47,764 nucleotides of DNA, taken from the NCBI GenBank assembly GCA_964586025.1, contig CAZPGF010000004.1, positions 1 through 47,764 on the forward strand, in the 5' to 3' direction. Origin of the DNA: an uncultured Planctomycetales bacterium (GTDB taxonomy: Bacteria > Planctomycetota > PLA2 > JAEUHO01). The first letter of the stretch is position 1. Each line of letters starts with the position of its first letter. Under the pieces are notes generated by a model, which ran no database searches, was not told where the DNA came from, and saw only the letters and a program-made list of their open reading frames with translations. Of the stretch, positions 26,784 to 36,494 are shown in pieces. The translations under genes were made by a program, and so were the position numbers.

Positions 26784-29024
26784 GTGGCCGAACGCGGCAT
26801 CCCGCTCGACGTTCCCGAACGCGGTGCACGGCTTCGATCGGGCCTCCTGATCGGCGCGCTCGGTGCGCTCGCCGCCCTCGCGTTGTCGCTCGCGCCGAGC
26901 GGCCGTGCGATCGAACGGGCGATCCTCGACATCCACCTCCGGCACGGCGACGTGACCGGCGCCGACGACATCGTCGTGATGCAGGTGGACAACCTCGATG
27001 TGGAGGCACTCGATCGCCGCGGGATCCCGTGGCCGTGGCCACTCGACGTCAACGCCGCGCTCGTCTCGACGCTGCGGAAGGCGGGGGCGCAAGCGCTCGT
27101 CGTGGACATCCTCCATCTCGACCGCGGCGCCGGCATGGCGGACCGCGCCGAAGGTTCCTTCGATCATCTCGAGGCCGAGGCGCGCGCCGACTTGGAACAA
27201 CGCCTGGCGCTCGAGCAAATGAGCGCGGAGCCCTACCGCGACGCGCTGCGGGAGTTCGGGCCGCGCGCCGTGGTCGCGTTCGAACTCGCCTCCGGTGGAG
27301 AGTACGACGTGTCCGCTCGGCGGGAGATCGCCGCCGCGCGGTTGCCGAACCTCGACGGATCGTTGCCCGGCACCCCCTACGGGCGCCCGCATGCCCGCTG
27401 GCCCGTCGTCCGCGTTGCCGAGGGCGCGGGCGCCCTCGGCTTCTCCAACGTCGATCCCGACGAGGACGGCATCGTGCGCCGGTCGGCGGGCCTCGGGCTC
27501 TGGGGAGAGCGGGTCGTTCCCTCGCTCGCGCTTGCCGCATGCGCCGCCGCGGAGGGGGTGCCGCCGCGCCGCGAGGGCGATGGCGTGGCGCTCGGCAGGC
27601 GCCTCGTGCGACTCGATCGGGATGGCGCGTTTCACGTGCCGATCGTTCGGCCGAACGATCGCTCGCCTTTCCGGTCCGTCGCGGTTCGTGATGCGATCGG
27701 CTGGGCCGAGCAGGCGATGGCGAGTCCGTCGGGAGAACCGCCTCGCGCCGCGCGCGAGGCCGTCGGCGGGCGAGTGGTCGTGGTGGGCGTGAACCTCGCG
27801 GGCCTCCGCGACGTCGTGACGACCGCTGCGGGATTGATCGACGGGCCGGAGTTCGTCGCGCACACGCTGAAGGCATGGCGGACCGACACCGGCCGCGTCC
27901 GCGTGCCGCCCCTTGCGAACCTCCTGTTCGCACTCGGCTGTTCCCTGGGACTCGGCGTCCTGCTCGGGCTGTTTCCGTCGTGGCGGATCGGCGTTCTCGC
28001 CACGCTCTTCGCGATCGCGGCGAGCCAGGCGGTCGTCGCACTCGGCCACGCACGGGGTCACGTGATCGCCGCGGCGCTACCCGCGACGGCGCTGATCCTG
28101 ACCGGCCTCGGTCACGGGGGCCTCGCCTTCGTTCGACGGTCTCGCGCGAACCGCTGGCTCCAGAACAGTTTCGGCCGCTACCTCGCACCGACCGTGATCG
28201 ACGCGCTGCGACGCGATCCGTCGCTGATTCGCCTCGGCGGGCGACGGCGCCGGTTGACCCTGCTGTTCAGCGATCTGGCCGGATTCACGTCGATGGCACG
28301 ACGACTCGAACCGGATCAGGTCGTCGATCTCCTGAACCGCTACCTCTCGATGCATGCGGGTGCGGTGCTCGCGGAGGGCGGGGTCGTGGACAAGTTCATC
28401 GGCGACGCGGTGATGGCGTTCTGGGGCGACCCGATCGAGCAGCCCGACCAAGCCGAGCGCGCCTGCCGTACCGCGCTGCGCGTGCTTCACGGCATGCCGG
28501 CCGTCGAGGTGGCGGCGCGAGCGCTGGGGCTCTCGGGGTTTCGTGTGCGGATCGGGATCCACACCGGCGAAGCCGTCGTCGGGAACATGGGCAGCGACGA
28601 CCGCCAGGACTACACGTGCATGGGCGACACGGTGAACCTCGCGAGCCGCCTGGAAGGCGCGAACAAAGCGTTCGGAACGACGTGCCTGCTCGGCGAGGCG
28701 ACCTACCGGGAGGCTCGCGACGCGATCGAGGCGAGGCACGTGGCCGACGTCGTCGTCGTCGGGCACGACGTGCCGCTGCCGGTCTACGAACTGGTCGGCC
28801 CGAAGGGCGACGTGGGTGCGCGGGATCGCGTCGAGCGATTCGACGAGGCGATGCGACTCCTGCGCGAGGATCGCCGTCCCGAGGCACGCGCGGCCCTCCA
28901 CGCCCTGCGCGAGGTCGCTCCGGAGGACGGAGCCGCCGCCTGGCTGCTCGGAATCGTCGATGACCTCGACGCGGGCCGCCGTGCGGCGCCGTGGGACGCC
29001 GTCGTCGTCCTCGACGCGAAGTAG
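26784..29024 (+). CDS. CHASE2-domain class III adenylate cyclase
   Basis: WPWP, DPDEDGIVRR, three TMs; LFSDLAGFT, VDKFIGDAVMAFWG, RIGIHTG, DYTCMGDTVNLASRLEG. Confidence 0.93.
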   Translation: MAERGIPLDVPERGARLRSGLLIGALGALAALALSLAPSGRAIERAILDIHLRHGDVTGADDIVVMQVDNLDVEALDRRGIPWPWPLDVNAALVSTLRKAGAQALVVDILHLDRGAGMADRAEGSFDHLEAEARADLEQRLALEQMSAEPYRDALREFGPRAVVAFELASGGEYDVSARREIAAARLPNLDGSLPGTPYGRPHARWPVVRVAEGAGALGFSNVDPDEDGIVRRSAGLGLWGERVVPSLALAACAAAEGVPPRREGDGVALGRRLVRLDRDGAFHVPIVRPNDRSPFRSVAVRDAIGWAEQAMASPSGEPPRAAREAVGGRVVVVGVNLAGLRDVVTTAAGLIDGPEFVAHTLKAWRTDTGRVRVPPLANLLFALGCSLGLGVLLGLFPSWRIGVLATLFAIAASQAVVALGHARGHVIAAALPATALILTGLGHGGLAFVRRSRANRWLQNSFGRYLAPTVIDALRRDPSLIRLGGRRRRLTLLFSDLAGFTSMARRLEPDQVVDLLNRYLSMHAGAVLAEGGVVDKFIGDAVMAFWGDPIEQPDQAERACRTALRVLHGMPAVEVAARALGLSGFRVRIGIHTGEAVVGNMGSDDRQDYTCMGDTVNLASRLEGANKAFGTTCLLGEATYREARDAIEARHVADVVVVGHDVPLPVYELVGPKGDVGARDRVERFDEAMRLLREDRRPEARAALHALREVAPEDGAAAWLLGIVDDLDAGRRAAPWDAVVVLDAK

Positions 29025-29052
29025 CCGCCGTCGAAAACCTCGCCTTGGGGCG

Positions 29053-30537
29053 TCAGCGCGGTCCGTGGCCGCCGCGCCGTACGGCGTCACGAAGGGCGGC
29101 GAGCGCCGCGTCGAGCAGCGGATCCTTGCCGTCGGCGGTGGGGCGTCGATCGATGCGCACGTCGGGCGGCACGCCGACGCGCTCGATCGGGCTTCCCGCG
29201 GGGAGACGCGTCCGCCAGCTCGAGCAGAGCAGCGTGACGCCGTTCGGCAACGGCGTGGGCTGCGGGTTGCCGCTGCTGCCTCGCGTGTTGCGACCGAAGA
29301 GACGCGCGTGCGGCAGCGTCCGCAGCATCATCGCGAGTCCCTCGCCGCTGCTCACGCAGCCGGGACCGAGCAGGACGACTATCGGCTTGTCGTAACGATG
29401 CTCGGCGGGCGGCCCGATCCGCCGCGGCTCGACTTCGACGAACTCCGTCGGGACATCCCCGCGACGCACCTCCGTCCGGGCGTACACCCGCTCCGCATCG
29501 GCCCACCACCGCGCCATGCGGGCCGCGACGCGCTCGTCCCCGCCGGAGCAGGTTCGGAGATCGACGAGCAGGCCGGGCGCATCGACGGCACGACGCGCGG
29601 CGTCCTCCAACCTCGCGGCGAGGCGTTCATCGGCCGGCAGGCTGTCGACGAGGATCACGGCGAGTCCGTCCGGGGTGCGGCCGTCGATCAGGACGCGCGG
29701 CTCGATGTCGATCGTATCGAGCGCGGCGCGCAGGGCCGGCAGCGAGAATCCGACATCGATCGGCGATGTCCACGTCGGAACGCGCGTCCCGTCGGGCCGT
29801 ACCAGCACCACGTGCTCGTCTTCGAGCGCGGCGAGCAACGGGACCGCGACATCGACGAAAGCCGCCGGGTCGGCGATTCGCTCCGGGGCGAGTTGGGCCA
29901 ACGCGACGCGCGCATCCCAACGCACCTCCGGCCTGGCGACGTCCGGGTGGACTCGGGCGACGGTGCGAGCGAGCACGTCGAGGCTGTCCGAGGGAACGAG
30001 TCGTCGCAGTCCGACGCGTCGCACCTCGAGGCGACCGACCGTCGAGAGGAAGACGCGCAGTTCCACGTGCGTCGTCGCGGGTGGACATGCGATCACGAGT
30101 CGCCTCGTCTCCAGGCGATCCGTGTGGACGTCGGCGAGCGACATCGCGAGGACGCGCCCGTTCGCCGCGCACGCGACCAGCGCGACGTAGCGGCTCGAGA
30201 AGTCCTCGCGCCCGTCTCGGACGAACGCCAACCGCACGTCGAACGACGCTTCGAGGTACGCACCGGGTGCGGCGGCGACTCGCTGCGCCAGCAGGGGCCA
30301 TCGTCGCGTCGCCTCGTCGCCCTCCAACGCGAAGCCCCCTCCGTCGAGGGGCTCCACCACGGCGGTCGGACCGTCCGGATCGCGCACGGCCCCGACCGTG
30401 CTGGTCCAACCCTCGGGGATGTCCCCCTGCCAGCGCACGAGGTCGGGATTGATGACGAGCGGCGCGGACTCGTCGGCGACGAGCGGCGAAGCGAAGACGA
30501 CGAGGAGCGCGAGGGCGGCACGACGACCGATCGGCAT
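29053..30537 (-). CDS. Exported S41-family peptidase with an N-terminal beta-sandwich domain
   Basis: Signal peptide MPIGRRAALALL; LLVDLRTCSGG, GPGCVSSGEG, LFGRNTRGSSG, GVPPDV. Confidence 0.85.
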   Translation of the reverse strand: MPIGRRAALALLVVFASPLVADESAPLVINPDLVRWQGDIPEGWTSTVGAVRDPDGPTAVVEPLDGGGFALEGDEATRRWPLLAQRVAAAPGAYLEASFDVRLAFVRDGREDFSSRYVALVACAANGRVLAMSLADVHTDRLETRRLVIACPPATTHVELRVFLSTVGRLEVRRVGLRRLVPSDSLDVLARTVARVHPDVARPEVRWDARVALAQLAPERIADPAAFVDVAVPLLAALEDEHVVLVRPDGTRVPTWTSPIDVGFSLPALRAALDTIDIEPRVLIDGRTPDGLAVILVDSLPADERLAARLEDAARRAVDAPGLLVDLRTCSGGDERVAARMARWWADAERVYARTEVRRGDVPTEFVEVEPRRIGPPAEHRYDKPIVVLLGPGCVSSGEGLAMMLRTLPHARLFGRNTRGSSGNPQPTPLPNGVTLLCSSWRTRLPAGSPIERVGVPPDVRIDRRPTADGKDPLLDAALAALRDAVRRGGHGPR

Positions 30538-30737
30538 GCGTCCGTGATACCTCGCGAGGGATCGGGGCGGTACGTCGCCGTGGAGCGCCGACATCCGGCG
30601 AGCGCCGAGGCGACGGCCCCGCTGGAAACGCACCCCCTCGGGGCGGCCACGAAGGCGGTCGCGAGCGACCGGCACGCCGCCTGCGAGGCCGTGAGGTGAA
30701 ACACGCCCCGTCACGGGACGTGTGGAAAGGAGCCCTC

Positions 30738-31589
30738 ATGCGATCCCCCCTCCCCCTCCTCGCCGTGACGGTGTGTCTCGGCATTCTCGGCACGGTTGCC
30801 GTCGCCGGAGAGAAGAGCGATGACACCGCCGTCGCCACCACGTCCGCCAGCATTCGGATGGAAGGACCGATCCGGGTCGTCTCGGTCGACGAGGCCGAAC
30901 TCCGCGTGCCCCTCGGCGGTGACGTGGTGTGCCTCTTCGTCCGCCAGGCCGATTCAGCGCACCCGTCGCGCATCGACACCGTGTACAGCGGCCCGAACCT
31001 CGCATCGATCGTCGCTGCGAACGCGTCTCTCGAGAGCAGCGACGCGATCTCCGCGTTGACCGGCGCGCTCGACACCCTGCCGAAGGCGGCGGCCCCGAGC
31101 AACACGGAAGCACCCTGGCGCGTCGCGTTCGTGGACGGTCCCGTCCGCTACGAGACTTGGCGCGGCGCGACGAGCGCGCTGCTCCACGTGACCCGTGACG
31201 GCACGACGACGGCGTACCGCGGACGCGATCTCGCCGAGATCCTCGCCAACCACGCGGAGTTGAAGGAACTCGACGAGGTGCATCGCCTCCGCTCGCGCGT
31301 CGACGCACTCGGCACGCTGCGCTTGCGCACGCAGCCGTGGGCGAACCGCATCGAGCGGCCGGCCTGGCTCGACATGACGCTTCGACCGGACGGGACGGAC
31401 GTCGTCGTGCGCGAGAAGCAGACCGACGGATCCTGGACGAAGCACATGTGGTCCGGCAAGGACTACCAGGCGATCGCCCAGACCGAGGCCGACTTCCGGG
31501 CCCGCGCTCCGCTCTGGTTCGACGTCGACTTCGGTTCGAGCGTCGCGGATCTCCCGATGCGTCCGACGACCTCGGAACGCAGGGACTGA
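30738..31589 (+). CDS. Hypothetical secreted protein with three internal repeats
   Basis: ATG after AAGGAG; signal peptide; repeats VYSGPNLASI / AYRGRDLAEI / MWSGKDYQAI. Confidence 0.7.
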   Translation: MRSPLPLLAVTVCLGILGTVAVAGEKSDDTAVATTSASIRMEGPIRVVSVDEAELRVPLGGDVVCLFVRQADSAHPSRIDTVYSGPNLASIVAANASLESSDAISALTGALDTLPKAAAPSNTEAPWRVAFVDGPVRYETWRGATSALLHVTRDGTTTAYRGRDLAEILANHAELKELDEVHRLRSRVDALGTLRLRTQPWANRIERPAWLDMTLRPDGTDVVVREKQTDGSWTKHMWSGKDYQAIAQTEADFRARAPLWFDVDFGSSVADLPMRPTTSERRD

Positions 31590-31630
31590 TCCAGCGTCCG
31601 GCGTCCGCTGCGGAGCGGACGCGCCCTGCC

Positions 31631-31663
31631 GCGGGCGCCCTCGTGTTGCACGAGGGCGCCCGC
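31631..31663 (+). terminator. Perfect 15-bp stem-loop, terminator-like
   Basis: GCGGGCGCCCTCGTG-TTG-CACGAGGGCGCCCGC, then TCTCGTTTCC, about 40 bp after the stop at 31589. Confidence 0.6.
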
Positions 31664-31869
31664 TCTCGTTTCCGACCAAAGGCATGCGAGCGACACGGCA
31701 ACCGTCCAGGTCAGGCACCCGCGCGCAAGTCAGGGGGCGATCTGAAGCGCCGATGCCATGCCTGACTTTCGCGTTCACCGCCGGTCCGGGTTCGCAGGCG
31801 GGGAGCGGAAGACCGCCGTGGAGGGCGATGTGGGGTGGACCACTCGAGCCCGACACGGCGATCTGAGCG

Positions 31870-31919
31870 CCCCCGATCCGCGAAGCCGCATGTCCGCACG
31901 GTCAAGGATTCCCTGAACG
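31870..31919 (+). repeat. Degenerate copy of 45425-45474 (IS66-end-like segment)
   Basis: Ungapped alignment, 40/50 identical; first 19 bp identical (CCCCCGATCCGCGAAGCCG); both end CCCTGAACG. Confidence 0.8.
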
Positions 31920-31974
31920 AAGGTGACCGACGGCCCGTGGGCGCCCCGCACGTCGCGGGGTACGCTCCGCCCCC

Positions 31975-33045
31975 ATGAGTTTCGCGAACATTGGCCTGCT
32001 GATCGTGGGGTTCGCGACGATCACGGCCGGAGCCGAGGTCATCGTCCGCAGCGCCGTCGCCACCGCCCGTCGCCTTCGGGTGTCGGCGGTGATCGTCGGG
32101 CTGACGGTCGTCGCGTACGGAACGAGCGCCCCCGAGGTGGCCGTCTCGGTCAATGCCGCGGTGCGCGGCACCTCCCATCAGGCCGTCGGGCTGATCGCCG
32201 GCTCGAACACGTTCAACATCCTGTTCATCCTGGGTTTGGTGGCGGTGGTTTCGCCGGTCGCGATCCACCGGCGCATCCTGCGCTTCGACCTCCCGATCAT
32301 GGTCGCCGTCTCGATCGCGCTCCTGCTGTTGTCGCGGGACGGCGTCATCTCGCGCATCGACGGACTGCTGATGCTCGCGGCGCTCGCCGCGTACACGACG
32401 TTCCAGATCCGCTCGGCCCGCGCCGTCCAGGTCGAGGCCGAGCCGCCCGGCCCGCCCCGCTCGCATGCCTCGGGCCTGCGTCTCGTTCTCGGCGGCGTCG
32501 TCGGACTTGCGCTGCTGGTCCTCGGCTCGGAGTGCCTCGTCCGCGCCGCCGTGGACATCGCCCGCGACCTGGGCGTCAGCGAGATCGTCATCGTGATCAC
32601 GCTGCTCAGCGGCGGCACGGGCCTGCCCGAGGTCGCCACGTCCGTCGTCGCGGCGCGTCGGGGGCAGGCGGACATCTCCCTCGGCAACGTCGTCGGTACG
32701 AACATCTTCAACATCCTCGGCATCCTCGGGGCTGTCGCATTGATCCGCCAGGACGGGATCGCCATCGAGGCGAGTACGTCCGACCTCCACCTTCCGGTGA
32801 TGCTCGCGGCGGCCATCGGGTGCCTCCTCTTCGCGGCGACGAAGAAGCGCTTCGGACGCGTGGAGGGCGCCCTGATGTTCGCCGGCTACGTGGTGTACAT
32901 CGTCATGCTCGTGCTGATCGCGATCGGCCACGAGGCGGTGCCGCTGGCCCGCAACGTGCTGTTCCTCATCGGCTTTCCGCTGCTGTTCGTCTACGCCCTG
33001 CTCGCGGTCGTACATCGTCGGCGGGTGGCGCGAGGGGAGCCCTGA
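31975..33045 (+). CDS. Calcium/sodium antiporter (CaCA family, YrbG-like)
   Basis: Two alpha-repeats: GTSAPEVAVS...GSNTFN and GTGLPEVATS...GTNIFN. Confidence 0.93.
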   Translation: MSFANIGLLIVGFATITAGAEVIVRSAVATARRLRVSAVIVGLTVVAYGTSAPEVAVSVNAAVRGTSHQAVGLIAGSNTFNILFILGLVAVVSPVAIHRRILRFDLPIMVAVSIALLLLSRDGVISRIDGLLMLAALAAYTTFQIRSARAVQVEAEPPGPPRSHASGLRLVLGGVVGLALLVLGSECLVRAAVDIARDLGVSEIVIVITLLSGGTGLPEVATSVVAARRGQADISLGNVVGTNIFNILGILGAVALIRQDGIAIEASTSDLHLPVMLAAAIGCLLFAATKKRFGRVEGALMFAGYVVYIVMLVLIAIGHEAVPLARNVLFLIGFPLLFVYALLAVVHRRRVARGEP

Positions 33046-33140
33046 GCGCCTCCCGATGGGCGACGCCCTGCGCTCGCAAAGTCCATGGCGCACGAAGCAT
33101 GCGCGGGATCCGTGGCTCCGAGACGGGTCCTCGCGGGCGA

Positions 33141-36100
33141 TCAGGTCTTCGACGCGATCCCGAACCACCTCGCCAACGTGCGCTTCGAGCCCATCACGAG
33201 CCGGAAGAGCACCGGGATCAGGAGCAGGGTGACGATCGTCGAGACGACGAGGCCGCCGACGAGCACGCTGCCGAGACCTCGATACAACTCGCTGCCCGCG
33301 CCCGGGCGGAACACGAGCGGCACGAGCCCGAGCACGGTCGTCAGCGTCGTCATGAAGATCGGCCGGAATCGGGTGGCGACGCTCTTGCGAACGGCCTCCG
33401 CGTAGTCGTCCTTGTCCTCGCGGATGTGGTTCAGCGCCTGATGGACGATCAGGATCGCGTTGTTCACGACGGTGCCGACCAGGATCACGAATCCGATCAT
33501 CGTCAGCACGTCGAGAGGCTGGATCGTTCCCGCGGGCAAGAGGAACCGGTTCAGGGCCCAGAGCCCGGCGATGCCGCCGACCGCGCCGAGGGGAACGCTG
33601 AAGATGATGATGAGGGGGTGGAACCACGACTCGAACAGCGCCGCCATCAGCAGGTAGGTGATGATGACCGCGATCAGCAGATTGAAGGACATCGCCTTCC
33701 AGGTCGCCTCGAGCTTGTCGGCGGTCCCGGCCAGGCGGATCTGGTAGCCGCCTCCCTTGACCCCACCCTGCTCGAACGGCGTCTCCTGGAGCGGTCGGAC
33801 GATCGTCTCCGTGACGAACGTGATCGCATCCTCCAGCGCCATCGTGTCGGGAGGACGGAGGTTGATCGTGATCGCCCGCTCGCGTTCCCGCCGGTGGATC
33901 TGTTCCGGGCCGCTGCCGTACTCGATGTCGGCCACCGACCGCAACGGCACGAGGTCGCCGGAAGGCGTGGCGATCGACAGCTCGCCGAGATCCTCGAACC
34001 GCGACGCGAACCGATCCTTGCCGATCAGCGTGAGGTCGATCTTCTCCCCGGCCAGGAAGAAGTCCCCGGCGTAGGCGCCGTCCACGAGCGCGTTCACGGT
34101 GTAGCCGAGTTCCTCCGTCGCCAGGCCGACCGAGGCGGCCCGACTCCAGCGGGGCTTGACGTGGACCTCCGGGTTGGACAGGTCGAGGCTCGGCACGGGT
34201 CGGGCCTGCACACCCGGGATCCCCCCCATCGTCTGTCCCAGCACGCGCCCACCGACCGCGACGAGGTGACGCAGATCGGGCCCGGTGATCTCGATGTCGA
34301 TGGAGCGGCCCGCCGTCAACCCGGACTCGAACAGGCTGACCTGGGTCGCCATGAGGAACACGCCGGGCAGGGTCGAACCGATCCGCTGCATCAACGGCGT
34401 CAGCTCGGCGGCGCGCAGCGGGTCCACCGCGCGCATGCCCATGAACATCTGCCGTCCCGCCGCGACGAGGAAGAACTGGTTGATCGGGGGCGTGTCGAGA
34501 GCCTTCGCCTCGGCGCTGTTCGGGTCGATCTCCCAGTACGGTGCGACCTGCTTCTCGATCTGGGCGCCGAGGGCGAGCACCTCGTCCAGGTTGTAGCCCG
34601 GCGGCGGGACCAGGATGCCGAAGACGAGATTCCGGTTGCCGTTCGGGAGGTACTCCAGCTTCGGCATGAGCGCGATCGTGCCGAACCAGACGCCGGCGAG
34701 GATGAGCGCGACCACGGCGACTTGCCGCAGAACGCCCCGCTCGAGCCAGCGATGGAGCCCGACCGTCATGCCGACGATGCCGCGCGCCAGCGGGTCGAAG
34801 ATTCCCAACACCGAGGCCAGGACTCCGCGCGTCCCGGGGCCTTCACCGGGTTTGCGCTGGGCGAGGATTCGCGCGGTCAGCATCGGGATGAGCGTGACCG
34901 ACACGACCAGCGACAGACCGACCGAGAAACTGATCGCCAGTGCGATGTCGCGGAACAACTGCCCCGCCTGTTCCTGGATGAACAGGATCGGCACGAACAC
35001 CGCGAGCGTCGTCAGCGTCGAGGAGACGACCGCGCCCCACACCTCCTGCGTCCCCTTGACCGAGGCCTCGAACGGGCTCTCCCCCTCCTGCCAGCGACGG
35101 AAGATGTTCTCGAACACCACGACGGCGTTGTCGACGAGCATGCCGACGGCGAAGGCGAGACCGGCGAGACTCACGACGTTCAGCGAACGCCCCATCAGCG
35201 AGAGCAGGAGGAACGTCCCGATCATGCTCGTCGGGATCGCCACCGCGATCACGAGCGTGCTTCGCAGGGTGCGCAGGAAGAGCAGCAGGATGAGGATCGC
35301 CAGGCCCGCGGCGGTGACGATGTTCTCGTTGAGGAGACCCACCGCGGAGTGGATGTACTCCGTCTCGTCGTAGACCTGGTCGAGCTGCAGCCCGCGGGCC
35401 TTCAGCACGCCGGCGTTCAGGTCGTCGCGCGCCCGGTACAACCCGTCCATCACGTCGAGCACGTTCGCACCGCGCTCGCGGACGACGTTGACCGCGATCA
35501 CCGTGGTGCCCATGTTGCGCACGGTGCCGTCCGACTTCTTGAAGCCATGCTCGACGTCCGCGACGTCGGAGACGAGCACCTGCCCGGAAGGGCCGTCCTC
35601 CTTCACGATCGCGCCCGCGACGTCCCCGGCGCTCTGGAATCGACCCAGCGTCCGCACGACGTAACGACGCTTGCCCTCCCAGTAGTCGCCCGCCGACATG
35701 TCCACGTTGCGCGCGGCGAGCGCGCGGCGCACGTCGAGCACGGTCACGCCGCGTCCGGCGAGTCGTTGCGGGTCGAGGATGACCTGCATCTCGTCTTCGC
35801 GACCGCCGTAGACGTTCGAGTTGGAGACGCCCTTGACGCGCTCGAAGCGTGCCTCGATGACGTCTTCGACGAATCGACGTTCGAGGGTCAGATCGACCGG
35901 CGGAGGAAGCAGCGCGCGAACCGATTCTTCCTTCGCCGCCAGTTCTTCGAGCCGCCGCTGGAGCATCGCCGAGTTCGTCGCGGTGCGCAACGGCTCCAGC
36001 GCCGCCTTCAGGTCGGGGTGGGTCGCCTGGAAGGCGTCGAGTTCCGCCTTGCCGGGAAGACGCGGCCGCAACACGAACCACGCGATCGCCTGGTCGCTCG

Positions 36101-36494
36101 AGCTGGAGGTCGCCAACACCGGGTTGTCGGCGTCCTCGGGGTACTCGCGGACCTGCTGGAGGCGAGTGTTCACGCGCAGCAGCGCGGCGGCCATGTCCTC
36201 GCCGGCCGCGAACTCGAGGGAGATCTTGCCGACCGAGTCGCTGCACTCGGCGGACATCTTCAGCACGCCCTCGACGCCCTTGAGCTGTTCTTCCTGCTCC
36301 TGGACGATCTCGCGCTCGATCTCCTGGGGACTGGCGCCCGGCCAGCGTGTCTCGATCGTGATGATCGGCGTCTGCACCTCGGGCACGAGCTGCATCGGCA
36401 TCCGGTCGAGCGCGATCGCGCCGAACAGCGCGATGAGGAGCGCCCCGACCAGGACCTTGACGGGGTTGCGAACGACGGCTTGGACGAAGTTCAT
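33141..36494 (-). CDS. RND efflux permease (AcrB/AcrD/AcrF superfamily)
   Basis: WPGASPQEIE, AIPTS, SLNVVSLAGLAFAVGMLVDNA, GTVVNNAILIV, RFRPIFMTT. Confidence 0.95.
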   Translation of the reverse strand: MNFVQAVVRNPVKVLVGALLIALFGAIALDRMPMQLVPEVQTPIITIETRWPGASPQEIEREIVQEQEEQLKGVEGVLKMSAECSDSVGKISLEFAAGEDMAAALLRVNTRLQQVREYPEDADNPVLATSSSSDQAIAWFVLRPRLPGKAELDAFQATHPDLKAALEPLRTATNSAMLQRRLEELAAKEESVRALLPPPVDLTLERRFVEDVIEARFERVKGVSNSNVYGGREDEMQVILDPQRLAGRGVTVLDVRRALAARNVDMSAGDYWEGKRRYVVRTLGRFQSAGDVAGAIVKEDGPSGQVLVSDVADVEHGFKKSDGTVRNMGTTVIAVNVVRERGANVLDVMDGLYRARDDLNAGVLKARGLQLDQVYDETEYIHSAVGLLNENIVTAAGLAILILLLFLRTLRSTLVIAVAIPTSMIGTFLLLSLMGRSLNVVSLAGLAFAVGMLVDNAVVVFENIFRRWQEGESPFEASVKGTQEVWGAVVSSTLTTLAVFVPILFIQEQAGQLFRDIALAISFSVGLSLVVSVTLIPMLTARILAQRKPGEGPGTRGVLASVLGIFDPLARGIVGMTVGLHRWLERGVLRQVAVVALILAGVWFGTIALMPKLEYLPNGNRNLVFGILVPPPGYNLDEVLALGAQIEKQVAPYWEIDPNSAEAKALDTPPINQFFLVAAGRQMFMGMRAVDPLRAAELTPLMQRIGSTLPGVFLMATQVSLFESGLTAGRSIDIEITGPDLRHLVAVGGRVLGQTMGGIPGVQARPVPSLDLSNPEVHVKPRWSRAASVGLATEELGYTVNALVDGAYAGDFFLAGEKIDLTLIGKDRFASRFEDLGELSIATPSGDLVPLRSVADIEYGSGPEQIHRRERERAITINLRPPDTMALEDAITFVTETIVRPLQETPFEQGGVKGGGYQIRLAGTADKLEATWKAMSFNLLIAVIITYLLMAALFESWFHPLIIIFSVPLGAVGGIAGLWALNRFLLPAGTIQPLDVLTMIGFVILVGTVVNNAILIVHQALNHIREDKDDYAEAVRKSVATRFRPIFMTTLTTVLGLVPLVFRPGAGSELYRGLGSVLVGGLVVSTIVTLLLIPVLFRLVMGSKRTLARWFGIASKT

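Noticed and set aside
17875-28345. Partial CTGAAC-containing matches to the IS end inside the MauE and cyclase genes
   Set aside because: Only 8-9 of 12 bases match, inside conserved coding sequence; consistent with chance.
31684-31866. 60-aa ORF in the intergenic region before the antiporter
   Set aside because: No recognisable motif or ribosome-binding site; overlaps the suspected decayed repeat.
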